DNA of 64,000 nt from the human T2T-CHM13v2.0 reference genome, Homo sapiens, in NCBI RefSeq assembly GCF_009914755.1, contig NC_060926.1; one strand, 5' to 3'. Within the stretch, counting starts at the first letter, position 1; each line of letters opens with the position of its first letter. Shown piece by piece: positions 13,111 through 26,129 of the stretch. The notes under the pieces are model-generated. The model did not search any database and was not told the origin of the DNA. It worked only from the letters and a program-made list of their open reading frames with translations. The position numbers were made by a program, and so were the translations under genes.

Positions 13111-13313
13111 CAAGCATTGGCAAACTTTTTCTGTAAAAGACCAGATGGTAAATATTTTAGGCTTTCCAGGGCCCGGACTTCTCCCTCTCATATTCTTTGT
13201 GTTGTTGTTTAAACAACCCAGTAGAAATGTAAAAACAATTTGTAGCTACTGGGCTGTAGAAAAATAGTCTTCAGGCTGGATTTGGCCCCAAGGCCAGAAT
13301 TGCTATATCCCTG
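13111..13313 (+). mobile_element. MER58-family hAT-Charlie MITE
   Basis: ggcaaactttttctgtaaaa...ggatttggccc...ccctg termini. Confidence 0.8.
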
Positions 13314-14279
13314 CCTGGTGCAGTGGATTCCGTGATAAACCACTGGATTTTTCTGCTGTCCATGCTGAAGCCATGGAGATCTGATGGTGGGAAGCCAGCT
13401 TTGAATTTCAGATCTGATAGCTCTTCTGGAAAAAATGGAAAAGGATCGAACAGCCACATGCCCATCTCAGATCCTCTGATCCTGCAGCTGGGGTAACTCC
13501 ATTCTCTTAATGCCCGCAGCTCCTGTAGAGCCTTCTTGGCAGTCAGTATTTACTGCCTGGCATTTGTAAGGATCTTTTCAGGTATACTAGAGCTGTATAC
13601 ATCCGCCTACACCCACCCACCCACTCCAAGAGTCCCTTGAGGGCAGAAGTGGCAAGCTTTCAACCACTTCATCTCTGGCCAGCACCGAGAACAGTGCCTG
13701 GGACCCTTGCAGTAGATATTGTGCTGACTGAGTGGTGTCTGATGCCCCCTGTGTGTTCCTCTTTTCCCCTTTCCTGCAGTGAACCCCAGGAAGTACAGAA
13801 GGTTAAGATATTTTGTGCATTGTGGGGTGTTTGGCAAGGTGTGGCCATGCAGGTGTTTGCTTAGACCTCTCTCGGTTCTCTGTGTGTTTCTCTAGCAAAA
13901 CACATAGCAGCCTTTGTGATCTGCTCACCAAGAGTGGAATGTGGCTGCCCCTCAGTTTGGAGGAAACCAGAACCCCTGGGCCAGGCTGTGGCTCCAGTCT
14001 GAACACAGGTTCCTCAGATCTGCTGCTCCTCAGCTTTCTGGGATCACTGGTTGAGAAGCCGGGATTGCTTTGAAATCAGAAGCCTGACTGCTCCTTCCCA
14101 AGACTGCATTCACCTGTTTGGACCCAAGTGTATTGCGATTGGCTTCACCCTGTGCTTGTGGAAATGTCTGTATTTGAGCCTTAGCCTAGGGGTTCTCATT
14201 CAACTCAGGATATTTTGTTCTCTCTTGGAGTAATTTAAGGATTATTTCCTCTCTGAGATTATCTTTTTAGATGGCAAGA

Positions 14280-14830
14280 TTTTCAGAATCCTTTCGGTTG
14301 CTAGCAATGGAAATCACTGACTTAACTGGCTTGAAGGGCAAGCAGCATTATCTCACATAGCAAGAAATCCAGAGGCGGAGTGCTGCAGGTGTGGTTAGTT
14401 CAGTGGTTCCATCTTGCCATTAAGGAAGAAGCTCTTTCTTCTCTTTGCTGCCATACTTAGTGTGTTGGTTTAGGCTTTGCATGAGCTTTCCTCATGGGTG
14501 AAAAATGCCTGTCACAGCTCCAGGTGGTGCATCATCATGATCACATCCAAGGGGAGAAAAGGGACTGTTTGCTCTCGTGCATCTTTGGTCCACAAGAAAA
14601 ATTCTTTCCAGAAGTCTCTTACCGACTTTCTGTCATTAGCCATAAGCATGTCCTAGGTCTATGCCTAAATTAATCCCTGATATGATGTGTGAATCACCAC
14701 AATGGTTTTAGATCAACCATGTCTCATCCTCTGGAACTGGGGCCAGGGTTCCTGGGAGCACAAGGCCCTACTGAGGAGTGTAGCCACCTGCATGACATTG
14801 GGGTTTTGTTGGGAGAAAAAAGAAAGGGAG
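14280..14830 (-). mobile_element. Old MLT1 (J/K/L-like) LTR
   Basis: tttcggttgctagca...aactggcttgaa...aagaaatccagagg...tctttccagaag. Confidence 0.6.
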
Positions 14831-15079
14831 CACCCAGCACCCATCAAAGTGTCTAGTACAGCAAACATTCCCCAGAATCTTTCCTCCTTGAGATGCTGAG
14901 GGACACAGAGCCTTCTGAAGTTCTATTAATAAAAGAGAAGTTTTAGAGAAGGCTGCTTGGAAAACTCCTATGGGAATACTGTGAGCTACTCCTTCTTGCC
15001 CCATCCTGCTTTTACACAAGAACCATGGGTCTGTCTAATCCCACCTTAGTATATTGGCTTTGAAGACAGCTATGACAGC

Positions 15080-15275
15080 CATTGTTTATTGAGCATCTAC
15101 TCTGTGCCAGGCATTGTGGGAGGGGCTTTGCACATATGGCTTCTAATCATGCAGCTACACTGGCAGGGCTGCGTTATTGTCCTTATTTTACAGATTAGGG
15201 AACTGGAATCTAGAGACGTCGAGTAGCTTGCCTCTGGCTGCACGGTCTGTATAGGGCTGAGCCAGGAGTCGGCAA
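15080..15275 (-). mobile_element. MIR
   Basis: tttattgagcatctactctgtgccaggc...ccttattttacagat..ggaactg core. Confidence 0.8.
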
Positions 15276-15529
15276 GCACTTTTAAAGCATCTGCTTTGAT
15301 CTAGGCACTGTACTAGGTGATGAGAATGCAAAAAAGAATCAAATATGGTTCCCACCATCAGGGAGCACATAGACATAGCCTGTCCCTTCTGGAAGGTCAC
15401 CCAGTATAACTAAATATGTGTCGCTTGTCCAGGCTGGAAAACATCTTTGGATGTGTGAGGAAATTAGGCAGTGTCTTGTGCCTTCTACCTAAAGACCTCC
15501 TGCCTCCTGTCAGGAAGCCTAAAGCTTTG

Positions 15530-15720
15530 CTGAATAGCTTGGTAAAGGAATTAGGAGCATGGGCTTTGGTGCCAGAGTGTGTGAGTTCAAATCCCATCTC
15601 TACCACTTTCTGGCTGGATGATTATAGGCAAGATACCTCGTGGGCTGCTACGAGGTAAAATGAAAGAGACCTTGTGAAAACACAGGAGAAGAGCTTGGTA
15701 ACAGTTAGCAGCTGTTATTA
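15530..15720 (+). mobile_element. MIR
   Basis: gagcatgggctttgg..ccag...gagttcaaatccca.ctctaccact. Confidence 0.7.
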
Positions 15721-17639
15721 CCAATTTACGTTGCTCTTCAATGCACTTTCTTACCAGGTAAGATATCAGAGGCCCAACCTCCTAATCCCCTTAGTCTCTT
15801 AGCATTTTGCACCCTCCCCCAGGTTTGGGCATTGATGTCATAGGCTGCAGCTTGTAGATTGCTCCAGGTGGTGCCCGGCACATTGAGCTGCTTGATGCTA
15901 GCTCTTTAGTGTGAATGACAAGCTTGTCAGCCAGCTCTTACTGCAAGTGTGATTTCCTCCTGTGTGATGGCTGCACAGGGAGGCGATGGAACAGAAAATG
16001 AGCACCTCTCTTCCTCTCTCAGGGCACTCTTTGGCTTCCCCATGCTGGGTATAAATGAAGCTGCCTATGCTGAGAGGCCTGGGAAAGCCTACTGCTCCCT
16101 TCTAATGGGGAGATGGGACCCAGTGGGCAAGAAGGCAGGAAGGGGAATCCTCACGCCTGGCTCTTGTCTCTTGTCACAGACTTGAGCTGTGGCACCAGGA
16201 AGTCCCCTTGCCTAGGTTTCCTCTCCTGTGAACTGGGAGGGCCTTATCAGCCTGTAATCTCACTGAAAAATCCCCTTTGGGGGGCGGAAATGGAGATGGG
16301 TATCTGAGAAATAGGGCAGCCCAGACCTGCCTCCAAGGCAGCTGGCCCGAGATACCCGCCCGAGGAACCCGCAGGCCGCAGGCTCTGCTGGGCGTGCTGG
16401 ACCTTGTCTGCATCCCTGTCTGCTCTGCAGCTTTCGACGCAGCTCATCCATCTGGAAAACTGCCGTGGGATGCTGCTGCCCAGGGGGCTGAGGGGTCTCA
16501 TCGATCTTGGGGAAATAATTAAGGCCCGCAAAGCCTTGCCGGGCTCTATCGGTGCAAGGTGCTATTAAGAACAAGATAAAAGCTTTGAGCCTTGATTGAA
16601 TCTGGAAAACAAGGCCCATGCAGGCATTTTTCTTTGTCATGGTGTCAAAGGAGAAGGGAGAGGCCCAGGGAAGAAGGAGGAAGATGAAGGAGCAAAGGAG
16701 AAAAGACAGTTTTTGAGACAGTAGACAAGAGCCTTGGGAAAAAAAAAAAAGCAAAACCCACTAAAATTGCCTGTGCTTTTTGCTTTCTTTCTTAAGGGGA
16801 CACTGTGAAAGAGGAGTGGCGGCTTTGAAGGTGACACCACACGCCACCTTCTCCTGTTTGTCCCCAGTGTCTCAGGTGAGCAATTATCACCATCATTCCT
16901 GCAGAGGGAGTTTGCTCCTCCAGCGGGAAGTCCGACTGTGTTCCTTGTGGTGGTGGCCTCCTTGCCCCTGGCTCAGGGTCTTTGTTGCTTTCTTTCTTTC
17001 CTCTTGTGCATTGCTTTGCTCAAATGTTTGCAGGAGGAGGGTCTGCTCGGAGGCCAGGCCAGTGCTGGGCGGCCCCCTCCTTCCTTAGAACTTTATTGTG
17101 CTTTTGCTCTCTTTTTACTGCTTGGCTGCAACAAAGCCAGCTCTCAGGGCTGAAATCCAGCCGAGGAGATCTGATTTCTCAAAAGCCATTTTGATCTTTT
17201 CACTTCAAAGGTAGGTTTTTTCACGCCCGAGCCCCAGTTTGGTGGCCCCAGACCTGCCCTTTTGGGCTGTGAGTCTGGAGGGACCTGTGGTCTCTTCTTT
17301 ACATGCTGTTGGGAGAGCCTGGGGTCCTGGCACTGGGGCTGCCCAGTGCCAGCCCGGGCAAGCCTCCGATGTAGGGAGATTTGTCCTTGATGTCCCTGGT
17401 CTCCAGCACCCCTGATGCCCTGCCTTTTCCTTCTGTCTGGCTCAGCCCTATACATCTCCCAATTGCCAAAGCCCTTCTGCTCCCCAATCCCCAGTCATCT
17501 TATGAACATTGGCTCTCAGGAATGAAACTGACCTTCGGGGTCTTCTTCGGAGGACTTCCTTGAGAGCTCCCACCTCCCAGCCACCCTCCCCCACCCAAGG
17601 TGCCTTTCCTCAGGGGCCCTACTATATTCTGTAATGCTC

Positions 17640-17825
17640 GGTAAGTTCCCTTATTCAGTTCCCACCACATTTTGCTTAATTATCCTTTTTCCTCCCACGA
17701 CCCTCAGGAGATCATGAGGGCCTTGAATAAAGGAGCTGTTATTCCCCCATATGCAGTCCCAGTGTCTAGCACAATGTCAAGCACATAGTAGGTTCTCAAT
17801 GCATGTCCAGTGCATTAGTGAGTTC
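17640..17825 (+). mobile_element. L2 3' end
   Basis: cccagtgtctagcacaatgtcaagcacatagtaggttctcaat. Confidence 0.7.
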
Positions 17826-18594
17826 CTTCCTACAGCTCTCTCAAGCTGTCCTAGGGGTTGCTGAGGCAGCTCAGGGGCAAGCCAGCTTGGTGGAAGGAGA
17901 AATGGGCAGGCAGGTGGGGGGAGAGAGACAACATTTATTCTGGATCGCCTCCAGCCCATCAGGTAATTTCCAGACCCAGCCCCTGCTTTGTCCACAGCAA
18001 GTTTACTTTCATTGATTTTATAGTTCTATGTGCATATAACATTATAAATATTATGTCTATCACATGTGATAGGCAATAATATAGTGTATATGTAATATTC
18101 ATATATGTATAATATAACATGTCATACATATGATATAGTATGACGTGTACAAACATACATATACAGATTTTTTTGTGAAAAGGGTTCTGTTTAAAAATTA
18201 GTTTAAACATCGAGGTCTTGAGCTTTTCATCTAAGGTCTTCTCTCTCCCGGGGGCATTTGCTTTTGAAGTTGTTACTCATTACCGCTTGGACAGTGGAAA
18301 GCTTTGTTCTGATTGAAGATGTTTTAGGCTTTTACCTAGTTGATGAAAGCATTGCTTTTCGGATGGTGACTTCTTTCCATTGTACCTACCACCCATCTCC
18401 CCCATACATCAGCAATCCTGGCTGGTATTGAGGAATGAAGAAGGGCATTGGATTCTCTGAGGTCACGAAACTATTAATGTTATTTATCTCAGATGATTTT
18501 TGTTGTTGTTGTTTGGTTTAGAATCTGGCCAGATGGGAGGCCAGGGTTGACTGGGTTGCTGTAAGGAGGCATTGGAGTTCTGGCCTCTCTCACT

Positions 18595-18613
18595 GGCCTG
18601 CTAGGGGGCAGCT
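18595..18613 (+). promoter_or_regulatory. Candidate CTCF site
   Basis: GGCCTGCTAGGGGGCAGCT matches the core CC(A/G)(C/G)(C/T)AG(A/G)(G/T)GGC(A/G)(C/G) except at position 2. Confidence 0.5.
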
Positions 18614-18819
18614 GGCTTTTTCAGCTCTCCACCCACTTTCCTCTGAGCTGCCCCGCTCCCATTTAGCACCCCAGTGACAAGCACCTCCATTACTGTGCTT
18701 CCTAGATGCTGGGCCTCCTTCCATGAGGGGTTCCCCTGGGCCTGCCCTTCCTAGCACAGGAGTCCAAGTGCCCACCTTTGGTTCCTGATCAAACCCCACT
18801 GGTCTCTGTTCCAAGGTGG

Positions 18820-19365
18820 GATAGTGGCAGAACACTGAATTAGGAGCTAAGAACCAGGTACTGAGTCTTGAATTACTCACCATCTGTGGGACCTAGGGTT
18901 CATCACTCATTCTGGAGTCTCAGTTTGCTAGCAGGTTAACAGCCATAATCACCCAGCCTTCCTACCACAAGGAGAGGCTCATCTGAAACCCTAGATTGGT
19001 TTTTCTTAGGTTTCCTGCAATTAAAATCTTCTGGGAAGCTTTTAACATCCCAATTCCCAGACCACGCTCCCAAACCAATTAAATCAGATTTTCTGGAGAT
19101 GAGATCCAGACGTCAGTATTTTTTTAAAGCTCCCCAGGTAATTTGAATGTGAAGCCAAGGTTGAAAACCACTGTTTAAGGTCAAAGTATTTATGGATATT
19201 GAAAATGAAAACAGATTCTGAACTTCCCTCCATTTTCTGCTAACTAATCTGCAGTAGTTCTTAGTTTTAATTTGGTTCAGAATCTGTTTAAGAATCTCTT
19301 GAAAGTTATGTGTGTATTTTCTCATGAAGTGACATATATGCAAAATTTTACATGTAATTTCAGCC
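18820..19365. mobile_element. Cluster: MIR (~18820-18990), MER5A (~18997-19172), MER117-like (~19252-19365)
   Basis: MER5A aaagctccccaggtaatttgaatgtgaagccaaggttgaaaaccactg; tatgcaaaattttacatgtaatttcag. Confidence 0.65.
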
Positions 19366-20340
19366 TATAATGTCCCCTTGTTAGTGAGGCCCTCTCTGGC
19401 TACCCTATCCAAAATGGCAACGGTGCCCCTCCTCACTACAATTTCCTTCCTCCTTGCCTACTTTAAGCTTTCTCCATAGCCTTTATCACTATCTGTGTGA
19501 ACATCCACAAGTCCCTCAGGAGGGTAGAGTTTCTCAACCTGTAGTTCCTGGACCACATTTACTTAATCAAGATAACCGGGGTGGGACTCAGGATCTGCAT
19601 TTTCAGAAACTCCCTGAGTTTCTTTTGAACACTGAAGTTTTCCAGCCAGTGAGCTGGGTCCCTGGATTCTTGATTTACAGTTGCAGGGTCAAGTCTGTTG
19701 CTGTCTTTCTTAGAGCACCTCCTTGCTCTTCCAGATCCTGCCCTTTAGACAGGAATCTGTCTCCCTCAGCCTACCGGAAGTCTCAGGTAAACTCTCTAAT
19801 GTTCCAGAGAAACCCCAGGTATTTTCCAAGTTACCTCAGGGGTATGTGGGAATGTGGCTATCTCAATTGTGTGGGTTGGGGGGCTTGGACTAAGGCCTCT
19901 GATCTAATGAAAATTATCTCCTTTCCCTCCCCTCTAGTGGTACTTGGAATTCTGTCACTGTCCAGTCATTCTTAAACTCTTTGGCGCCCACCTCTATCAT
20001 GACAAATAACAAAGACCGTGAACAGCGGGCATATTTGATTCCATCTCTCTGCTCGAAGTTTTCCATTGGCTTCCAGTGGCCTACAGGGGGATGTATATCC
20101 CTATTTTTAAAGTTACCAGAAGGCACTTTGAGATGTGGCTGCCATTCACCTTCCAGCCTTGGTCCTAGTGTCTTTACTAAACTCTCCTGCAGGACTAAAC
20201 TGCGTGTATTTCCTGGAGCTGCCACTTCCTTTCTTGGATATCCTGGATTGTTTCTTTCATCTCTTTACACAAGCCACTCCTTTCCCAAAACTCTCCAATG
20301 ACTCTCTAGCTGACTCAGAGTACAAGCCAAGACATCACGT

Positions 20341-20805
<465 letters not shown>

Positions 20806-20846
20806 TCACCCTCCTTGGCTTTGTGCCCTCATCTTCTGCTATTTCC

Positions 20847-21270
20847 CTGTTTTGTTTTCTGGGGCTGCTGTAACAAAGCACCACAGACTAGGTTGTTTAA
20901 ACAACAGAAAGTCATTGTCCTGCAGTTCTAGGGGCTAGAAATGTGAAATCAAGGTGTCAGCAGGGCCATGCTCCCTCTGAAACTTGAAGGGAAACATCCT
21001 TCCTAGCCTCTTTCTCACTTCTGGTGTTTGCCGGCTCTCTTTCCCTTCCTAGGCTTGTAGCTGAGTCATTCCAGTCCCCTTGGCCTTCTCCCCATGCACC
21101 TGCACATGGTCATCTTCATATGAGGACACGAGTCATCCTGGATTAGGGGCCCACCTTACTCCAGTATGACCACGACTACTTACATTTGCAATGAGCTATT
21201 TCCAAAAAGGTCACCTCCTGGGGTAGTGGGGATTAGGATGTCAAAATATCTTCTTTTGGGGGATAACATC
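20847..21270 (-). mobile_element. MLT1B/C LTR
   Basis: ggggctgctgtaacaaagcaccacagact...caaggtgtcagcagggccatgctccctctgaa...ggattaggggcccacc. Confidence 0.88.
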
Positions 21271-21308
21271 CCTCCTCTTTCATTCTGCTTCAGTCACACT
21301 GACCTAGA

Positions 21309-21556
21309 TAGAGTTGTCAGATTTAGCCAAATAAAAAAAATAAGATGCGCAGTGAAATTTGAATTTCAGATAAATAATGAATACTTTTTAGTATAAATGT
21401 GTCTCAAATGTTTCATGGAGTTTTTTTTTTTTTTTTTTTTTTTTGCCGAAGTATGTGACCATGCACTATTCGGGATGTACTTATACTAAAAAAGTTATTT
21501 ATTGTTCATCTGAAATTCAAATGTCACTGGGTATCCAGTGTTATGTCTGGCAACTT
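21309..21556. mobile_element. MER53 palindromic MITE with expanded centre
   Basis: gttgtcagatttagc...aaatttgaatttcagataaa...tttttagtata / tatactaaaaa...tctgaaattcaaat...tctggcaac inverted arms. Confidence 0.9.
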
Positions 21557-21999
21557 TTACTTTTTATTCCTTGAACACACCAAGCATGCTCCCACCCGAG
21601 GCCTTGGCATTTGCTATCCCATCAGCCTTGAATGCTCTTTCCTGAGATGTCTGGGATGCTCATTCTCTGATGAACTTCAGCAGGGCCTTTCTGGATCCCC
21701 TACTCCCTATACACATACCTCCTCTCCTCCTTTTTTGCTTTAATTTTTTTCCCTTATCCCTATAGGGCCATCAATTTCCATTATATGTATATTTCCCCCT
21801 TTATCCCTTATCACTAACAGGCTATATATTTTACCTACGGATCATGTTTATTGTCTGTCACCCCCAGGAGAATTTAAGCTTGAAATACTTATTCATTGCT
21901 GTCTCTCCAGGGCCTAGAACAATGCCTGGTGCACAGTTGATGTTCAGTAAATCTTCAGTGAATGAATAAAGAGATAAATAAACCCTTTCATTGTCACTC

Positions 22000-23120
22000 A
22001 AGTACTGGAAAGTGGGCATCTGTGGGTTTACCTAGGAGCCACTCCCACTTCTGGCAAGCAGTGCCCCTCTCCGACTCTCCATAGAACTAGCTTGGGGAGG
22101 TCCTGCCCAAACCCCAGATCCAGACATGTAGACACAATCCAGGTCAATCCATTAATTCTGTCCACTTGGCCACAGTGATTGGTTCAGGGACGGGTTCAAG
22201 ACCCAAGTCAGTCTGACTGGAGTGAGTCTCAGAATTTCTGCTGGAACTATTAAGATGGAACACTCCCTTCCTACTGGTGTTTCTGAGAAGAATAAGATGT
22301 AAGCCTGGAGCCACTGATAGCCATCTCACCACCATAAAAGATGAGAGGGGACTCGGCTCCTGGCCAAAAACCTGCTTATGATCTTTCAGGCCTGACTGTA
22401 GGTGAATTCAAAGGCTTTACCTGGCAGGCTTCACAGAAAAAGCTGCCATCCCTGGCCACACTTGGTGCACAGCCAGGACCCGGGGGTCTCTGAAGCAGGT
22501 TGCACTCAAGGGCTTCCATCAACGACCATGCTGTAACGTGTATCTGTATTCCTAGCCCCAGCATCTCCATTTGGCTTGGGGTCTTCCCAGGTGTGGCACC
22601 TGAGTCCTGCTCATTGGGAGAAGGGGGAATCTTGAAGACACTTTTCTCCCCTTGAACTCAGCGCCCAGCACTTTTCCACACCTGAACCTCAGCCCAGATC
22701 CGTGAAAGGGCAGGAGCCTATTGCTCCAGTGAGACAAGTCCCCTGTCTTTGTGGATCCACCTGACCCTCGCCAGGTGCTGCTCCAGGGGTATGGACCTGT
22801 GGGGGAGCCGGTGCTTCCTCCTGTCTAGCCTCTTGCTCAGACCATCATGGTAAGTAAATAAAGACTTAGCCATTACTTTCCTTTTCGCTTGTCTTAATTG
22901 ACTACTCGGACACCTGGCAGCTCAGCTCAGCTCAGCTCTTGACTACCGTCTGCCTGAGAGTGGAGCCAACCCAAGAGAACAGAGCTGAGGAACAGAGAGA
23001 ACTAGAGTCTCTCTAATGTCCTTGACTCTCCTAATCTTGCTATGTTGGAAGCCAGTGTTGCCCTGGACCTTTGTGCTGAGCTCAAGCCGATTAGATGTGT
23101 TTTTTCTGTCACTGAGTCTT
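22000..23120 (+). mobile_element. Old MLT1 (J/K/L-like) LTR split by an ERVL LTR
   Basis: ttggccacagtgattggttcaggga...gatgtaagcctggagc; resumes ctgcctgagagtggagccaac at ~22950. Confidence 0.65.
22342..22944 (+). mobile_element. ERVL solo LTR (MER54/MER73/MER74-like)
   Basis: TG start; aataaa at ~22857; 3' end taattgac...gacacctggcag...ctcttgac. Confidence 0.7.
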
Positions 23121-23299
23121 GAGCCCAATGCACACTCTCAGTGACCCCCTGGGGGGCCTCAGGAACTCCTCCACCTGTGTTCCCATTCTCCCTGTCCTTG
23201 CCATCATTGTGGTCTGGTTTATCCCACACTATCCAGCTTCATGTGCCTCCCCAAGGGACATCTGCTCTTAGAAACCAGGGGATGTGACTTTCTGTCTCT

Positions 23300-23613
23300 C
23301 TTTTTCTTTTTATTTATTTATTTTTTTGAGACAGGGTCTCTCTCTGTCACTCAGGCTGGAGTGCAGTGGTGTGATCATGGTTCACTGCAGCCTTCAACTC
23401 CTGGACTCAAGTGATCCTTCCACCTCAGTCTCCTGAGTAGCTGGGACTGCAGGTATCTGCCACTACACCTGGAAACTTTTTTTATTTTTATTTTTTATAG
23501 AGATGAGGGTCTTGCTGTGTTGCCCAAGCTGGTCTTGAATTCCTGGCCTCAAGCAGTCCTGCTTTGGCCTCCCAAAGTGGTGGGCTTACAGACATGAGGC
23601 ACTGCACCTGACC
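23300..23613 (-). mobile_element. AluJ
   Basis: gatcatggttcactgcagcc and ctcaagtgatcc J-type diagnostics. Confidence 0.93.
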
Positions 23614-23662
23614 CTCTATCTCTCTCTCTCTTTTTTTTTAAATCTCCACACCCCATATATGC

Positions 23663-24025
23663 CCATTTTAGTCTGTTCAGACTTCTGTAACAAAACTCTA
23701 TAGACTGGGTGGCTTATAAACAACAGATATTTATTTCTTTCAGTTTGCAGGGCTGAGAAGTCCAAGATGAAGGTGCCCCCAAATATCGTGTCTGGTGGGG
23801 GCCCACTTCCACACTGACAGCCATCTTCTCCCTCTGACCTCACATGGTGGAAAGAATGAGGGGTCTCTCTGGATCCTCTTTTATAAGGATGCTAATTCAA
23901 TTCATGAAGGCTCCAGCCCTATGACCCAAACAACTCCTAAAGGCCCTACCTCTTAATACCATCTTTTAGGGGAGTGGATTTCAACATATAAATTTTGAGG
24001 TGACATAAACATTCAGATCATAGAG
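23663..24025 (-). mobile_element. MLT1A/MSTD-like LTR
   Basis: tagactgggtggcttataaacaacag...gctgagaagtccaagat...aacattcagatcatag. Confidence 0.85.
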
Positions 24026-24217
24026 ATACTCTTGCACAAAATCAGACAAAAATTTCTGCAGATGACTTAATTGATGAAATTGCAATGGGCTCTTTACAAT
24101 GTAAATCACTCATTTGGTAATTATAAATAGGATGAAAACTTCTTAATATTTAAAAAATCTACATTAAAACTTTTATTATTCCCTTAGGAAATCAAATCTG
24201 GATTAGGGGATAAAATC

Positions 24218-26122
24218 TGTATTAGTTATCTTCTGCTGCATAATAAAACTCCCCCAAAGCTCATTAATTTAGAATGACAAGCATTTATTATCTCAGTTTC
24301 TTGGAGTCTGAAATCTAAGTACAACTTAGACAGGTCCCCTGGTTCCGGGGACTCTCATAAGTCTGCAGATGTCACCAGAACTGTGGTCATCTCGAGGCTC
24401 AACTGCGAAAGAATCCCCTGTAAGCTCACTCATGGGCTGTTTGCAAGCTTCAGGGTCCTCACTGGTTACCAGCTAGAGACATCAGTTCCTTGCCACATGG
24501 GTCTCTCCATAGGGCTGCTCAGAATATGGTTGCTGGCTTTCCTTAGAGTGAATGAGTGGAGATTCAAGATGGAAGTCACAGTCTTTTTATAACCTAGTCT
24601 TGGAAGTGACATCCCAACACTCTCACCATGTTCTGTTTATTAGAAACTAGTCACTGGGTCCAACCCACACTCAAGGGAAGGTTATTACACAATATATTTA
24701 TGGTATTTGTTAGGTATTTATTAGAGCAACATCCCACTTTCAGATAACAAAGTCTGTATTTATCCCTTTTCTCATCTTACCTCCAGAGGCAACTGTTTTC
24801 ATGTGTTTAAAGAATATCATTTTTTTGTGAAGTCTTATTACAAAATTACACCCTTATTTTATGAGCAAACATTTTTTATTTTCCTAAATAGCATTGCCTT
24901 TTATATCTCTCATTCTCTTTCTCACTCTTTGACCTGAACATCAGTGGGCAGGGATCATTAGGAGCTATCTAAGAGGCTGCCTACCACAGTCCACCCTCTG
25001 GCCCCAGTGATTTACAACTCCCCTGCGTGTGCATCTAGTTACAACAACAGCTCAAACTGCAGAACTGCATCTAAATCAGGTTCATGTAGGGATGAGTCTC
25101 CACAAATATAGTACCTTAAATACATATCCTCTTGATCTTCAGACCTGTGGAACTCAAGATAGAAGTTATCTGGCTGCCCTCCCCACCCCAGATTACCTAA
25201 CATACAACTGGGGGCCAGGAAGGCATTACTGTTCAACAAGGGAGAAAATTGGAGGCACAAGGGTGTCACTGGCCCATAGACATTCTGAAATCCCAGCAAG
25301 CAAATGTTAGGAGTTCCTTGATTAGATCTTAAGGCCTGAGAATAATTCCCCATGGCTCTTGGCTCCACTCTTCGGGGCATTGTTTCTGCTCTCTTGGTCA
25401 TTTTTCTTTCTCATGGAAGGTACTGCATATTCAGCCTGCCTCCTGCCAGTAGAATTCTGGGGGTTCAAAGGCCTCTCTTCATTTTGTCCCTCTTAATCCA
25501 GGTTGGCAATATTTCTCCAAACATAAGTCTTTAGAAAAAAAAAACAAAACATTTTTGGACCATGTTTGTGTATTTAGACAATGTTTTCCTAGCAGTGCCC
25601 TCAATTTGATATTTGCTTGGAAGCCATTTCTTAATTTTAGCATTGTTTGCTGTCTGGAAAGGCTGAAGAATTTCAAAACTTGGCTTTGGCTTTTCTTTTT
25701 GGTATGACAGTCTTTCAATCTATTTCTCTTCTCATGCATCTTACTGCATGTAGGAAAAAGAGGCCCACTGGCACGTTCAACATTTTAGAAACCCTCCATA
25801 ACTAGACCACTCAGTTCATGAGGCATATTTTCTACTTTCCACATAACTGCAGGTAACAGTGTTGCTAAACTTTCTGCTACTACATTATAACTTTCTTTCT
25901 TCACTTGAAGAGCATGAATAGCATGCTCTTCACTTTCTTTCAGCCCTCACCAGCAGGGATCTCAAAGTCAAGATTTCTACTAAGTCTGTTCAAGATAATT
26001 AAGCATTCTCTAACATGCTTCTCTAATTTCTCCCAATTTCTGCCTACTGCTAGGTTCCAAGGCTAGTCCCACATGTTTAGATATTTGTTACAGCAACATC
26101 CCACTTTTAGATACCAAAGTCT
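24218..26122 (-). mobile_element. MLT1F-like LTR (24218-24988) plus MLT1-int (24989-~26122)
   Basis: tgtattagttatc...ggctgcctaccaca LTR followed by gtccaccctctggccc internal sequence; LTR interrupted at 24693-24930. Confidence 0.85.
24710..24930 (+). repeat. Dispersed direct duplicate of 26077-26295 (~220 bp, ~94% identical by eye)
   Basis: agcaacatcccacttt...gtctgtatttatcccttttctcatcttacctccagag...ctctcattctctttctcactcttt present at both sites. Confidence 0.97.
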
Positions 26123-26129
26123 GTATTTA

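Noticed and set aside
16260-17088. Overlapping 100-164 aa ORFs in the GC-richer block
   Set aside because: Non-ATG starts, no homology recognised, no convincing exon structure
19929-19945. Second CTCF-like motif (rc CCACTAGAGGGGAG)
   Set aside because: Lacks the highly conserved C of the GGC core
19454-19975. 173-aa ORF
   Set aside because: Runs through L2/MER5-type fragments; no recognisable domain
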